A DNA stretch of 64,000 nucleotides from Candidatus Latescibacterota bacterium (GTDB lineage Bacteria; Latescibacterota; UBA2968; UBA8231). The stretch's first letter is position 1. Each line of letters begins with the position of its first letter. The position numbers were made by a program, and so were the translations under genes. The stretch spans positions 2,304,001 to 2,368,000 of the forward strand of contig CBDETY010000003.1 in assembly GCA_965243025.1 (NCBI GenBank). Reading direction: 5' to 3'. Shown here one piece after another: positions 8,987-18,913 of the stretch. A model generated the notes under the pieces. It ran no database searches. It was not told the origin of the DNA and was given only the letters and a program-made list of their open reading frames with translations.

Positions 8987-10882
8987 TCAGGCGGCTCGTC
9001 CGTTCTGCACAGGTGAGGCGGTCAGCTCGAGGGCGCCGCCGATCTCGACCTCGATGTCGAGGCTGGCGGCGCCTTTGTCGACGGGAAGCTGCAGGCTCCG
9101 CCGCTCCTCGAGGAAGCGGTCTCGAACCCCCGCCTTCAGCCGCCCGGCCTGCCACCCCTCCAGCCGGCAGCAGAGCCGGGTCCGGCTGCTGCCGTTGAGT
9201 ATCCACAGGCGCCGCACCTGCGGCGGCAGCTCGAAAACCCCGGGTGCATCCGGCGTGAAGATCCCCCACACCCCCTCTTCCCCCTTGCAGATGGAGAACA
9301 GCGAGTGGTGGGCATCGGCCCCCAGAACCCGGTGGCGGCCGAACAGCAGCAGGTCCCGGTGCTCGCGGTACCACCCGAGCCAGGCGCGAACCGCGCGCCG
9401 GTGCTCCCGAGGAAGGGCGCGCAGGTCCATCGACAGCATGGGGACGGCGCTGGTGACCAGGCTGGCCATGAAGCGGGCGACGTTCTCCACCGGCTCCTGC
9501 GGCAGCCAGTAGGCGGGGTCGGTGTGCGGGGCGACGTTGCCTTCGCGGCCGGCCCCGGGATCGAGGATACAGCTCCTCAGGCGGGTGCACATGCGGCGGA
9601 TGTGGTCGCCGTCGAAGGGGGCGTCCTGGGCGCGGTGGCTGGTGGCGAAGGGGCGCGTCGCCAGGGTCGAGTAGTTCATGCGGAACTCGATCAGGGCGTC
9701 GGGGCGCACCGCCGTGATCGAGCGGTGTATCCCCGCGAGCAGCTCCCGCACCGCTTCGCCATACTCCTCGATGTCGTGGGCGTGCGCCCCCTGGCAGGGC
9801 AGGGCGGCGCGCTCCATCAGGGGATCGATGAAGTCGGTCTTGAGGCCGTCGACCGGGTAGGTGCGCAGCAGGTGCCCGACCATGCGGGCGGCATAGGCGC
9901 GCACCCGCGGGCTGCGCGGGCAGAGGAACTGCTCGGGGTTCTCCTGCCCCTGCGGGTGAAACAGGTGCCCGGCCACGAACGGCTCCCCGGCGATCTCGCC
10001 GAGGCGGAAGACCGGCGCGCACCAGAGCAGGATTTTCAGGCCGGCCTCCTGCACCTGGCGGGCGAGCCCGCCCATGTCGGGGAACTTGCTCTCGTCGGCA
10101 ATGTAGTGGCCGGTCTCCTCGTCGAAATGGTCGCGCACGAACCAGCCGTCGTCGACGATGATCGACCCGAACCCCCAGTCCCTCAGCAGCGGCGCCATGC
10201 CGAGGATGTAGGCGGCGTCGACGTTCCCCTTGATCCCGTACCAGGAGCACCAGACCGGGTCCCAGGCCGCCGCCGGTGCCCCGGCGATCCGCACGCGGTG
10301 GAAGCGGTCGTGCTCGCGGGCGAAGGCGCGCACCGCGTCGAAGAGGTGGCGCGGGACACGAGACAGGTAGATGCCGTCCCGCCACTCGGAGGTGCTGAAG
10401 GAAGGGCGCTTCAGCTCCACCGCCGAGTCCTCGTCGTAGCAGCTCTGGCGGATGTCGGCAACGCGGACGTGGTCCATGAAGCCGATGCAGAAGCGGTTGG
10501 CGTCGTCGCGGTTGAGCAGGGCGATGAAGGGGAAGGACCAGGTGGCGAAGGTGCGCTCCTCCACCCCCCAGGGCAGGCTGATCAGGTCGGTCTTGCCGAT
10601 CGCCTCGTGGAGGGCCGGCACGAACACGCGGTGCAGGTCGACCGCCGGCACCCCGGTCGAGACGGTGCAGTCCACGACCTCGAAGGGGGCGCCGTCGCGG
10701 CGGCGCAGCGACCAGCCCAGGAGCCGGCTGTCCGCATCGGGGGCGGCGACCTCGGTTCCCCACTCGTAGAGGCCGCCTGCTCCCTGCCCCGGGGAGACCG
10801 GGTCGAACCCCTCGACGGGGGGATCCGTTTCGATCGATACGGTCAGTGTCAGACCGGCGAAATCGAAGGTGTGGGGCATCAT
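8987..10882 (-). CDS. Alpha-galactosidase (GH36-like)
   Basis: WCSWY, IVDDGWF, KFPD, DGLKTDF, LIEFR. Confidence 0.8.
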   Translation of the reverse strand: MMPHTFDFAGLTLTVSIETDPPVEGFDPVSPGQGAGGLYEWGTEVAAPDADSRLLGWSLRRRDGAPFEVVDCTVSTGVPAVDLHRVFVPALHEAIGKTDLISLPWGVEERTFATWSFPFIALLNRDDANRFCIGFMDHVRVADIRQSCYDEDSAVELKRPSFSTSEWRDGIYLSRVPRHLFDAVRAFAREHDRFHRVRIAGAPAAAWDPVWCSWYGIKGNVDAAYILGMAPLLRDWGFGSIIVDDGWFVRDHFDEETGHYIADESKFPDMGGLARQVQEAGLKILLWCAPVFRLGEIAGEPFVAGHLFHPQGQENPEQFLCPRSPRVRAYAARMVGHLLRTYPVDGLKTDFIDPLMERAALPCQGAHAHDIEEYGEAVRELLAGIHRSITAVRPDALIEFRMNYSTLATRPFATSHRAQDAPFDGDHIRRMCTRLRSCILDPGAGREGNVAPHTDPAYWLPQEPVENVARFMASLVTSAVPMLSMDLRALPREHRRAVRAWLGWYREHRDLLLFGRHRVLGADAHHSLFSICKGEEGVWGIFTPDAPGVFELPPQVRRLWILNGSSRTRLCCRLEGWQAGRLKAGVRDRFLEERRSLQLPVDKGAASLDIEVEIGGALELTASPVQNGRAA

Positions 10883-10990
10883 GCTCCTCCCGGCAGGGGC
10901 CCGGGGTTGGCCACCCGCGCCCCGCTGACATCATCGTTGCGTTCGCCCCCCGGAAAATGCCAAACGGATGTCCATGGGGCGGGACTGCCC

Positions 10991-11776
10991 TCAGCCCACG
11001 ACCGGCCAGGCGCCCCGGATGCTGCCCTCGTGGCGAACCAGGTCCCCGAAACCGTCCGACTGCGGATCGGGCGTCACCGGTTTCTCCCCGTCGAGATAAA
11101 GCATCCCCACCTCCCCGGGAGGCAGGGAATCCACCAGTTCGCGGGCCTCTTCGAGGGCATTCAGCCACTTCCTTTTCAGGATCCCCAGATCGAGGGGCTC
11201 CCGCAGGTCCAGGCGATCGAGGTCGGCCTGGGCGTAGGCCGCGTGGCGCCCCGCGTGCTCGAGCAGGAACCCGGGAGTGAACCCAGGGTCCTTTCCGCAG
11301 GCGGCCCAGGCCAGCGAGCCGAGGTGCAGGTAGGAGCCGTGGAGGTGAAGGATGTCGACGAAGTCGCGGATCTCCTGCCTGCCCGCCAGGGCCAGAACCT
11401 TGTTGACCGCGGCGTCGGCATGGTGCAGGCGGTACCCGCACTGGACGTCTTCCACAACCGGGAAGAAGCGGAAGGCGCTGTCCTGCGCCCACTCGATCCG
11501 CAGCTGCTCCCCTTCCGCCGACAGGACCGCGCGGTAGAAGGCCGGGGTGCGCAGCAGCCACTTCAGCTCGAAACCCGCCTCGCGCAAGGTCGTTGCATCC
11601 GCTTCCGCGCACAGGGCCACGCTGTCGGCGAGGTCGTGGAACAGGTCGAGATCCCCGGAGAAGCGGGGCGTATCCCGTTCCCGATGGAGGACCGTGGCCC
11701 CGGCCAGGTAGCTGTCGGGACTGCGGTTCGCGGCGATGGTCCTGAGCGCCCGCGTCTGGATCGGGGTCAGGGGCAC
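10991..11776 (-). CDS. AbiEii/AbiGii-family nucleotidyltransferase toxin
   Basis: YLAGATVLH..RFSGDLDLF, NKVLALAGR..RDFVD; GTG start overlaps the end of the upstream small ORF. Confidence 0.75.
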   Translation of the reverse strand: MPLTPIQTRALRTIAANRSPDSYLAGATVLHRERDTPRFSGDLDLFHDLADSVALCAEADATTLREAGFELKWLLRTPAFYRAVLSAEGEQLRIEWAQDSAFRFFPVVEDVQCGYRLHHADAAVNKVLALAGRQEIRDFVDILHLHGSYLHLGSLAWAACGKDPGFTPGFLLEHAGRHAAYAQADLDRLDLREPLDLGILKRKWLNALEEARELVDSLPPGEVGMLYLDGEKPVTPDPQSDGFGDLVRHEGSIRGAWPVVG

Positions 11777-12042
11777 AGTCTTGCCGCGAGAAGGAAACCC
11801 CGGCGGCCACCGTGCTGCCGCAGGCCGCGGGCAACCTCGGGTACGTCCTCCAGGGTGACCTTCAAGTCGGATGGCATGTACCAGAAGCATTGCGCGTGGA
11901 AGTCGCGGAAGGCGCGGCGGGCTTCGCGGACCCGGACCATGTCGAGGGCATCCTCCGAGGACAGGTGCCGGCGGCTCTTCCTGCCGCCTTTGCGCCCGAT
12001 CTCCGCCAGCCAGGCGCTCACGTTTGTTGAAGGGGTATCCAT
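11767..12042 (-). CDS. Small putative antitoxin (N-terminal KGG-like motif, C-terminal CFW domain)
   Basis: About 91 aa ORF overlapping the toxin start; AEIGRKGG and AQCFWY motifs; alternative start 12051. Confidence 0.65.
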   Translation of the reverse strand: MDTPSTNVSAWLAEIGRKGGRKSRRHLSSEDALDMVRVREARRAFRDFHAQCFWYMPSDLKVTLEDVPEVARGLRQHGGRRGFLLAARLCP

Positions 12043-12059
12043 TGTCAACATATCCTTAT

Positions 12060-12074
12060 CATAAGCCGCTTATG
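12060..12074. promoter_or_regulatory. Palindromic operator upstream of the TA pair
   Basis: Perfect CATAAGC-C-GCTTATG inverted repeat in an AT-rich stretch just upstream of the antitoxin start. Confidence 0.55.
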
Positions 12075-12189
12075 TTAAAGCAAGCCCAATCCCGTCCCGC
12101 CCGCAAGAGGACCCGATGCAACTGTCCGACCTCGATGCCCGGCGGTTCGCACCGCGAAACCAACCGCCCGGACGGCCGGAGCGCCCCTA

Positions 12190-13074
12190 CTATTCCACCG
12201 AGTTGGCGGCGATGAACGCCTCCATCTCGCGAAATGCCCGGTCGCGCTTCTCCCGCAGATCGTCCCGGGGGCAGATCGCCAGGCAGGTGGTCAATCCGCC
12301 GTCCACGGTGATCTCCTGGCCGGTGACAAAACGGGATTCGTCGGAGGCGAGGTAGACCGCGAGGTAGGCGATGTCGACCGGTTCGCCGACCCTCTCCAGG
12401 GGCTGGAAACTCCAGTGCTCGATGCGGCTGCGGTCCCCGAAGCGCTCGACGAACTCGGCCCGGGCTTCGGGCTTGAGGTTTTCCGGAACCAGGTCGCGGT
12501 CGCCGCCGAGGTAGATGGCCCCGGGACTGATGACGTTGACGCGGATGTTGAAAGGGGCCAGCTCCGCGGCCAGGGCCCGGGTGCCGCCGATGATTCCGGC
12601 CTTTGTGGTGGCGTACACCGTGGCGCCCGGACTGCCCTCGATCCCGTGGACGGAGGCGACGTTGACGATCGCCCCCCGGCCCCGCGCCTTCATCAGGGGG
12701 ACCGCCAGCTGACAGCCGAGGTGCATGCCGCGCAGGTTGGTGTCCATCAGGCGGTCGTAGTCCTCGTCCTTCACCTGCTCGACCGGATCGCCGATGCCGA
12801 TGCCGGCGTTGTTGACGAGGATGTCGAGGCCGCCGAAGCGCTCTTTCACGGCGTCGAACAGGCCCTCCATCTGCCCGCGCACCCCGACATCGGTCGGGAC
12901 CGCCAGGACCTCGCCGCCCGCCTCTTCGATTTCGGATTTCACCCGTTCCAGCTTCTCGGCGGAGCGCGCCGCGATGGCGAGCCTCGCCCCGTGCCCGGCG
13001 AACAGCATGGCGATGCCGCGGCCGATGCCCTGGCCGCCCCCGGTAATGACGGCGATCCTGTCCTTGAGTCTCAT
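12190..13074 (-). CDS. SDR family oxidoreductase
   Basis: [28 protein letters not shown]. Confidence 0.92.
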   Translation of the reverse strand: MRLKDRIAVITGGGQGIGRGIAMLFAGHGARLAIAARSAEKLERVKSEIEEAGGEVLAVPTDVGVRGQMEGLFDAVKERFGGLDILVNNAGIGIGDPVEQVKDEDYDRLMDTNLRGMHLGCQLAVPLMKARGRGAIVNVASVHGIEGSPGATVYATTKAGIIGGTRALAAELAPFNIRVNVISPGAIYLGGDRDLVPENLKPEARAEFVERFGDRSRIEHWSFQPLERVGEPVDIAYLAVYLASDESRFVTGQEITVDGGLTTCLAICPRDDLREKRDRAFREMEAFIAANSVE

Positions 13075-13182
13075 GTGCTCTTGTCTCTGGCTTCGGAAGT
13101 TATGCTTGGGATCCGTCGATCAGAATGATTCTTGGTCTCGAAACTTGCTGCGGAATTTGCAGCCTCGCGCAAGGGCTTCCCG

Positions 13183-14121
13183 TCAGGGCTTCCAGGTCTC
13201 GGCCAACTCCGAGTACTCGCGCGCCTGCCCGGCGATGTCGACCCCCACCTCCCGCGACCAGGCATCGAGCAGCTGTTTGTAAACCGGACCTGGCTTGCCG
13301 TCCCCCACGGGGCGAAAATCGAAGCGGGTGATCGGCACCATGCAGATGGTGGTGCTCGTGAACCAGGCCTCGTCGGCGGCGCGCACGTCGTAGGGTTCGA
13401 TGTCGGCCTCGATCACCGGGTTTCCGAGCTTCTCGGCCAGCTCCATGCAGGCGCCGCGGGAAACGCCGCGCAGGATGTCGTGCGGTTTGGGGGTCAGGAT
13501 GCGGCCGTCCCTGACCATGAAGAAGTTGTTCCCCGTGCCCTCGGTGACGAAGCCGCGCTCGTCGGTGAGCAGGGCCATGGCCCCCTCTTCCATCCGCGCC
13601 ACCTGGGTATCGGCGATCTTGTAGAAAATGCGGCTGCGGTTCTTGGCCTTGGGGTCGATGTAGCGGGCCGGCACCGACTGTTGCCGCGGGATCGCGAAGT
13701 GGGCGCCGGTGTCGAACTTGGCGGCCATCCCCCCGATGTGCCGGACCAGCGGGATGACGTTGATGGTGACGATCGGCGTCTCCCCCTCGCGCACCAGCTC
13801 GGCGTAGAGCCCGAGGACCCCGCGGGTGACGTCGTGCATGATCTGGAAGTCGTAGCCGCCGAGGGCCTCGCGGTTCTTCTCGATGGTCGCGAAGGTCGCC
13901 TCCTCCATCCCGTCGATGGTCATGTCGAGGTCGATCCCGGCGTACTTGATCGATTCGTAGAGGCGCTCGAGGTGGTGGCGCAGCCGATAGGGCTCCTGGT
14001 TGAAGGTCCGCGTCATCTCGAACACCATGTCCCCGAACATCAGGGCCGAGTCGAATATGGAGATGCGCGCTTCGTCTTCGGGGACGAAGTCGCCGTTGAA
14101 GTAGACCAGGCGCTTGGTCAT
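13183..14121 (-). CDS. Aminotransferase class IV (IlvE/D-amino acid/amine transaminase-like)
   Basis: ISIFDSALMFGDMVFE, HLERL, KAKNRSR, TEGTGNNFF, ILRGVSR. Confidence 0.88.
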   Translation of the reverse strand: MTKRLVYFNGDFVPEDEARISIFDSALMFGDMVFEMTRTFNQEPYRLRHHLERLYESIKYAGIDLDMTIDGMEEATFATIEKNREALGGYDFQIMHDVTRGVLGLYAELVREGETPIVTINVIPLVRHIGGMAAKFDTGAHFAIPRQQSVPARYIDPKAKNRSRIFYKIADTQVARMEEGAMALLTDERGFVTEGTGNNFFMVRDGRILTPKPHDILRGVSRGACMELAEKLGNPVIEADIEPYDVRAADEAWFTSTTICMVPITRFDFRPVGDGKPGPVYKQLLDAWSREVGVDIAGQAREYSELAETWKP

Positions 14122-14261
14122 CTGAAATCCCTTTTCGGTTAATGTGCTTGTGACGGCAGCTTCCGGCCGGACCGGCTCGCTGCCGTCCGGTCCTCAGTGG
14201 TTTCGCAACGGCCTCGACCGACCCCGTTCGATGAAGGCCGGGCCCCCCGCGTGAACTCTGC

Positions 14262-15623
14262 TCAGTACCCCAGCTGCCGTCCCACCTCGTCGATGCTCTC
14301 GAGCACGGCCTCGACCGAGCGCCGCACCTCGGCCTCCTCGATGGTGAACGGCGGGCTGACGGCAATGTGGTCGCCGTTGACGCCGTCGATGATGCCGGGC
14401 GCTCCCGGCATGATGAGCACCCCCTTGTCGAAGGCCGCCTTCACCACCGCCGCGGTGACTCCCTCGGCCGGATCGAACGGAGTGCGCAGCTCCTTGTCGC
14501 GCACGAACTCGACCCCGGCCAGCAGCCCGCGGCCGCCGCGCACCTCGCCGACGATCGGCAGGTCGAACCCCTCTTTCAGCAGCTCGAACATCAAATCCCC
14601 CATCTCCGCGCACCGCCGCACCAGGCCGTGGTCGTCGATGTACTTCTGCACCGCCAGCGCCGTGGCGCAGGAGAGCGGGTTGCCGCCGTAGGTGTGGCCG
14701 TGCACGAAGGCCCGGCTCCTGCTGTAGATGGCCTCGTAGATCTCCTCCGTCGCTACGGTCGCGGCGATCGGGGTGTAGCCGCTGCTCAGCCCCTTGCCGG
14801 TGGTCAGGATGTCGGGCACCACCCCCTGCCAGTGCTCGATGCCGAAGTTGAGGCCGGTGCGGCCGAAGCCGGTGACCACCTCGTCGACGATGAACAGGAC
14901 GCCGTAACGGTCGCAGATCTCGCGCACCCGCGGGAAGTAGTCGGGGGGCGGCGCCGCCCCTGCGGCGGACGTGCCGAGGATCGGCTCGGCGATGAAGGCG
15001 GAGATGTTGTGGGCCCCCTCCTGGAGGATGACCCGCTCCAGGGCGTCGGGGGAGCTGAGCGCACACTCGCCGCACTCGCCGCCTTTGTCGCAGCGGTAGG
15101 GGATCGGCGGCGGCAGGTGCGGGAAGTCCATCAGGTAGGGGCCGTAGTCGGCGCGCCAGCTGGTGCGCCCCGACATCGACATCGCCCCGACGGTGTTGCC
15201 GTGCCAGCTCTGCCAGCGGCTGATGACGCGGAACTTTCCCGGGTTGCCGGTCTCGACGTGGTACTTGCGCGCCATCTTCATCGCCGACTCGGTCGCCTCG
15301 GAGCCGCCCGAGGTGAAGAAGACGCGGTTGAGGTCCCCGGGGGCGATGGCGGCGATCCTCTCGGCGAGCTCGATCTGCGGTTCGGTGAGGAACTGCGAGT
15401 AGGTGAAGCAGACCTTGCCCGCCTGCTCGCGCATGGCGTCGGCGACCTCCTGGACCCCGTGGCCGATGCTGATCACGTGCACGCCGGCGCAGGCGTCGAG
15501 ATAGCGCCGGCCTTCGGTGTCGACGAGGTACACCCCCTCGCCGTGCGAAACCACCGGCCAGGACTCCTTCAGCGTCCGGTGGAAGATGCGTTCCCCCGTT
15601 TCCGGGGCTGCTGTAGTCTCCAA
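14262..15623 (-). CDS. Aminotransferase class III
   Basis: SGGSEATE, SWHGNT, FIVDEVVTGFGRTG, GKGLSSGY, HGHTY. Confidence 0.92.
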   Translation of the reverse strand: METTAAPETGERIFHRTLKESWPVVSHGEGVYLVDTEGRRYLDACAGVHVISIGHGVQEVADAMREQAGKVCFTYSQFLTEPQIELAERIAAIAPGDLNRVFFTSGGSEATESAMKMARKYHVETGNPGKFRVISRWQSWHGNTVGAMSMSGRTSWRADYGPYLMDFPHLPPPIPYRCDKGGECGECALSSPDALERVILQEGAHNISAFIAEPILGTSAAGAAPPPDYFPRVREICDRYGVLFIVDEVVTGFGRTGLNFGIEHWQGVVPDILTTGKGLSSGYTPIAATVATEEIYEAIYSRSRAFVHGHTYGGNPLSCATALAVQKYIDDHGLVRRCAEMGDLMFELLKEGFDLPIVGEVRGGRGLLAGVEFVRDKELRTPFDPAEGVTAAVVKAAFDKGVLIMPGAPGIIDGVNGDHIAVSPPFTIEEAEVRRSVEAVLESIDEVGRQLGY

Positions 15624-15647
15624 ATCTCTTTCCCTTCCGATGCTGGA

Positions 15648-16460
15648 TTAATGCTGGTCCCGCCTCGGCGGGATCTCCTGTTGTTTCAGCTCGCGGATCA
15701 GCTCGACGAGGCCGTCGACTGCCGCGGCGAGGAACCTCTCCCCCTTCTCGACGGAGGCTTTGGTGGCGTCCCCCATGACGCCGCTGGCGGTCTGCTGGCT
15801 CCAGTACGGGATCAGCCGCGCCGCCGAGCCCTCGGGGTGCCTGCCCGAGATCAGGTCGGTGCGGAAGCTCGGCGACAGGGGCGAGCGCTCGTCGACCGCC
15901 CTGCTCATGTCGACGAGGTCCGGCTTCAGCGCCAGGTACAGGGAGGTCTCGTACTCGCCGGCGTGGGAGGTGCCGCCGTAGTCGGAGTCGCGGATCTTCT
16001 CCCCTTCCTCCTTGACCCTGCGCACGTCCCAGTGGTTGACCGAGGCGCACAGGATGCCGCCGCCGTACTCGATCACCGACAGCCGCGCAGCCAGGTCGAG
16101 GGGGGAGGTGTTGCTGCCGTGGCCGTTGACGACGAGGATGCGCTTGAAGCCGTGGTGGGCCAGCGAGCAGCAGACGTCCTTCACGTAGCGGATGAAGGTG
16201 TCCCAGCCGATGGTCAGGGTGCCGTGGAAGTCCATGTGGTGGGGGCTGTACCCGTGGGGCACGGACGGAACCAGCACCGCCTCCTCCGGGATACGGGCCA
16301 CCGCCCTCTCGCAGATCCCCGTGCACAGCACCACGTCGGTGTCGACCGGCAGGTGCGGCCCGTGGTCCTCGTAGGTGGCGACCGGCAGCACCGCGACGCG
16401 GTCCTGGGCCGCCGCGTCCCGGATCTCGTACCAGATCATCTCGGCGAAGCGGTATTTCAT
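15648..16460 (-). CDS. Creatininase/MftE-family amidohydrolase
   Basis: EDHGPHLPVDTD, YSPHH, NGHGSN, HAGEYETS. Confidence 0.9.
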   Translation of the reverse strand: MKYRFAEMIWYEIRDAAAQDRVAVLPVATYEDHGPHLPVDTDVVLCTGICERAVARIPEEAVLVPSVPHGYSPHHMDFHGTLTIGWDTFIRYVKDVCCSLAHHGFKRILVVNGHGSNTSPLDLAARLSVIEYGGGILCASVNHWDVRRVKEEGEKIRDSDYGGTSHAGEYETSLYLALKPDLVDMSRAVDERSPLSPSFRTDLISGRHPEGSAARLIPYWSQQTASGVMGDATKASVEKGERFLAAAVDGLVELIRELKQQEIPPRRDQH

Positions 16461-16640
16461 TTTTCCGACTCCTTTTGCAGCGGCGCCGGATCCCCCGGCG
16501 CGCACCATTGCCTGAACCAGGTCGCAGTGCCTGCCCCGGGAACAACGGTTCTCAGGTGCCCTGCGAACCGTGCAGCCCCGGCGCCCCTGCCCGCTGCCCG
16601 CGCCTTCCTCCGGTCCCGTCGCAAACGCGGGACCCCGGAT

Positions 16641-17804
16641 CTACTGGATGCCGAGGTCGGCGTTGATCCCGGCCTGGTACCCCTCGAGCTCGCAGCGTTC
16701 GATCTCCCGCAGGGTCACCGGGCGGCCGTGCCATCCCGACTCGTACACCGCTACGCAGATCGCCTGCGCCTCGAACCCCTCCATGCCGTCGACCTCGGGC
16801 CGGCCCCCGCTGCGCACGGCGCGGGCGAAATCCACCAGCTCGACGGCGACCGGACTGGTCACTCCCCCGGGGAACAGCCGCTCTTCCGCCTCTTCGTCGA
16901 GGCCGGAGCGGAATTCGGCGACGAGCTCCTCGTTCGACAGGTGCTCGCCCTGGCGGGGCCACAGGCCGGTCCCCCAGTCGATGCAGCCCTCGCTGCCGTA
17001 GAGAACGCGGCTCCGAAACCCCTGCCCCGGGGCAGACCCCTGCCACGTCCACTGGACCACGACGTCGTCCTCGAAGGAGACCAGGGCGTGCGACGAGTCC
17101 TCGACGTCGACCGCCCAGGTGCCTGAGCGCGCGGCCACGTCGTCGTAGCGGAACGGCTCGAACTGCCGGGTCACTGCGTACACCTCGCGCGGCTGCAGGC
17201 CGAGGTGGTAGCGGAACATGTCGGCGAAGTGGACGCCGCCGTCGAGCACCCAGCCGCCCCCGGAGTGCTGCCGGAAGCTGCGCCACCCCCACTTTCCCAG
17301 CGACTCGGACACGTCCTGCCAGTAGAAGGTGCGCGGCCTGCCGATGCGGCCGCTGCGGACCGCCCAGTTGCGCGCCCTCTCTTCGGGAGAGCGGCGGTAC
17401 TGCTCGGCAACCGCGAGCAGGCTGCGGCTGCGGGTAGCCGCGTCGAGGATGCGGCGCGCCGCCCGCATCGTCACCCCCAGCGGCTTCTCGATGAGGACGG
17501 CGAGGCCGGCTTCGAGGCAGGGGACGGCGACCTCGTGGTGGGCGGAGTGCAGGGTGCAGATGTCGACGGCCTCGAGCTCCGGGCCGCTCCCCAGCAGGTA
17601 CTCGAGCCGCTCGAACAGGGCCGGCTCCGTGCCCTGGACCTCCGCCACCTGGGCCGCCCGCTGCCGGGCGCGGTCGGTGTCCGGGTCGCAGACGGCGACG
17701 ATTTCGAGGGGGCGGCGGTCAGCCCCGCGCAGCTCCTCGAGCCCGCTCACGTGGGCGGAGGACATGCCGCCGCATCCGACCAGCGCAGTCCGTACCGGTT
17801 CCAT
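16641..17804 (-). CDS. Gfo/Idh/MocA oxidoreductase
   Basis: VGCGGM, EKP, LDGGVHFAD. Confidence 0.9.
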   Translation of the reverse strand: MEPVRTALVGCGGMSSAHVSGLEELRGADRRPLEIVAVCDPDTDRARQRAAQVAEVQGTEPALFERLEYLLGSGPELEAVDICTLHSAHHEVAVPCLEAGLAVLIEKPLGVTMRAARRILDAATRSRSLLAVAEQYRRSPEERARNWAVRSGRIGRPRTFYWQDVSESLGKWGWRSFRQHSGGGWVLDGGVHFADMFRYHLGLQPREVYAVTRQFEPFRYDDVAARSGTWAVDVEDSSHALVSFEDDVVVQWTWQGSAPGQGFRSRVLYGSEGCIDWGTGLWPRQGEHLSNEELVAEFRSGLDEEAEERLFPGGVTSPVAVELVDFARAVRSGGRPEVDGMEGFEAQAICVAVYESGWHGRPVTLREIERCELEGYQAGINADLGIQ

Positions 17805-17811
17805 GGCGGGG

Positions 17812-18912
17812 TCAGTTCCCCGCGCGCTGATCGGCGATCCAGGTCATGCTCTCGCCGCGCACCAGGAAGGAGCGCTCGTCCCATATTCCGGGCCGCTCCA
17901 CCGGGATCCTCCCCTCTTCCACGGCGACGTCCAGCGGGTTGTCGCGGGTCTTCAGGGGCAGGTCGACGCGTTCGTGCATGCGCGCCGACTCGTACACCGC
18001 CATCATCACCTCGAGCGTCGCCTTGCCGACCTCCCCGGTGTTGCGGTAGCTCTCGACCTTGCCCTCGATCCAGTCGACGATGCCGTTGGCCTGGTCGGTG
18101 AAGGCGTCCCCGTAGCCGCCTCGCGCCTCTTCCACCGGATCGAACTCCTGCCACCCCGCGGCCCTGGCGGTCATGTACTTCAGGCTGTTGTCGTCGACCA
18201 CCATCATGCCGTCGGTGCCGTAGACCGTGGCTCCGACATTGTAGTTGCCGCTGAGCTCGTTCTCGATCACCCCGGTGGCGCCGCCCTCGTACCCGATCAG
18301 GCCGCAGCAGCGGTCCTCGACCCGGTGGCCGAAGATGTGGTGGTCGGTCTTGCGCTCCACCCCTCCCATGACCCACAGCGCCTTCGGGTCGCCGAGCAGG
18401 CAGAACTGGCAGTCGATGCCGTGGGTGCCGGTGTTCATCATGCCGGCGCGCACACCCGTCCACAGCCGCTCCACCTCGCCGATGGCGCCGTCGGCGATCA
18501 GCCGGGCCGCCTCGTTCCAGGAGGAGTAGAAGCGGCGCTGGTGGCCGATGGCCAGCTTCACGTTGTTGCGCTCGCAGGCGATGATCATCGCCTCCCCCTC
18601 GCCGAGGGAGGTCGCCATCGGCTTCTCGCACACCACCGCCTTCGGCTTGCCGGCCGCCGCGGCGATCGTCATCTCGGCGTGCTGCGGGTCCCAGGAGCAG
18701 ACGCTGACGATGTCGAGCTCCTCCTTGGCCATCATCTCGCGGTAGTCGGGGTAGGTCGATTCCACCCCGAAGTCCCCGGCGTAGCTGGCCAGGGCTTCCG
18801 GGTGGGAGTCGGCGATGGCGACGATCTCGGTCCGTTCACACCGGGTCCAGCCGCGGCCGTGCTCGCGGGCGATGCGTCCGCTGGCGATGACCCCTACGCG
18901 ATACTTTGCCAC
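17812..18912 (-). CDS. Gfo/Idh/MocA oxidoreductase
   Basis: CEKPM, IGHQRRF, NTGTHGID. Confidence 0.9.
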   Translation of the reverse strand: MAKYRVGVIASGRIAREHGRGWTRCERTEIVAIADSHPEALASYAGDFGVESTYPDYREMMAKEELDIVSVCSWDPQHAEMTIAAAAGKPKAVVCEKPMATSLGEGEAMIIACERNNVKLAIGHQRRFYSSWNEAARLIADGAIGEVERLWTGVRAGMMNTGTHGIDCQFCLLGDPKALWVMGGVERKTDHHIFGHRVEDRCCGLIGYEGGATGVIENELSGNYNVGATVYGTDGMMVVDDNSLKYMTARAAGWQEFDPVEEARGGYGDAFTDQANGIVDWIEGKVESYRNTGEVGKATLEVMMAVYESARMHERVDLPLKTRDNPLDVAVEEGRIPVERPGIWDERSFLVRGESMTWIADQRAGN

Positions 18913-18913
18913 T

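Noticed and set aside
15648-16460. Mycofactocin cluster suggested by the MftE-like creatininase
   Set aside because: No mftA, mftB, mftC or mftD nearby; treated as a generic creatininase-family enzyme.
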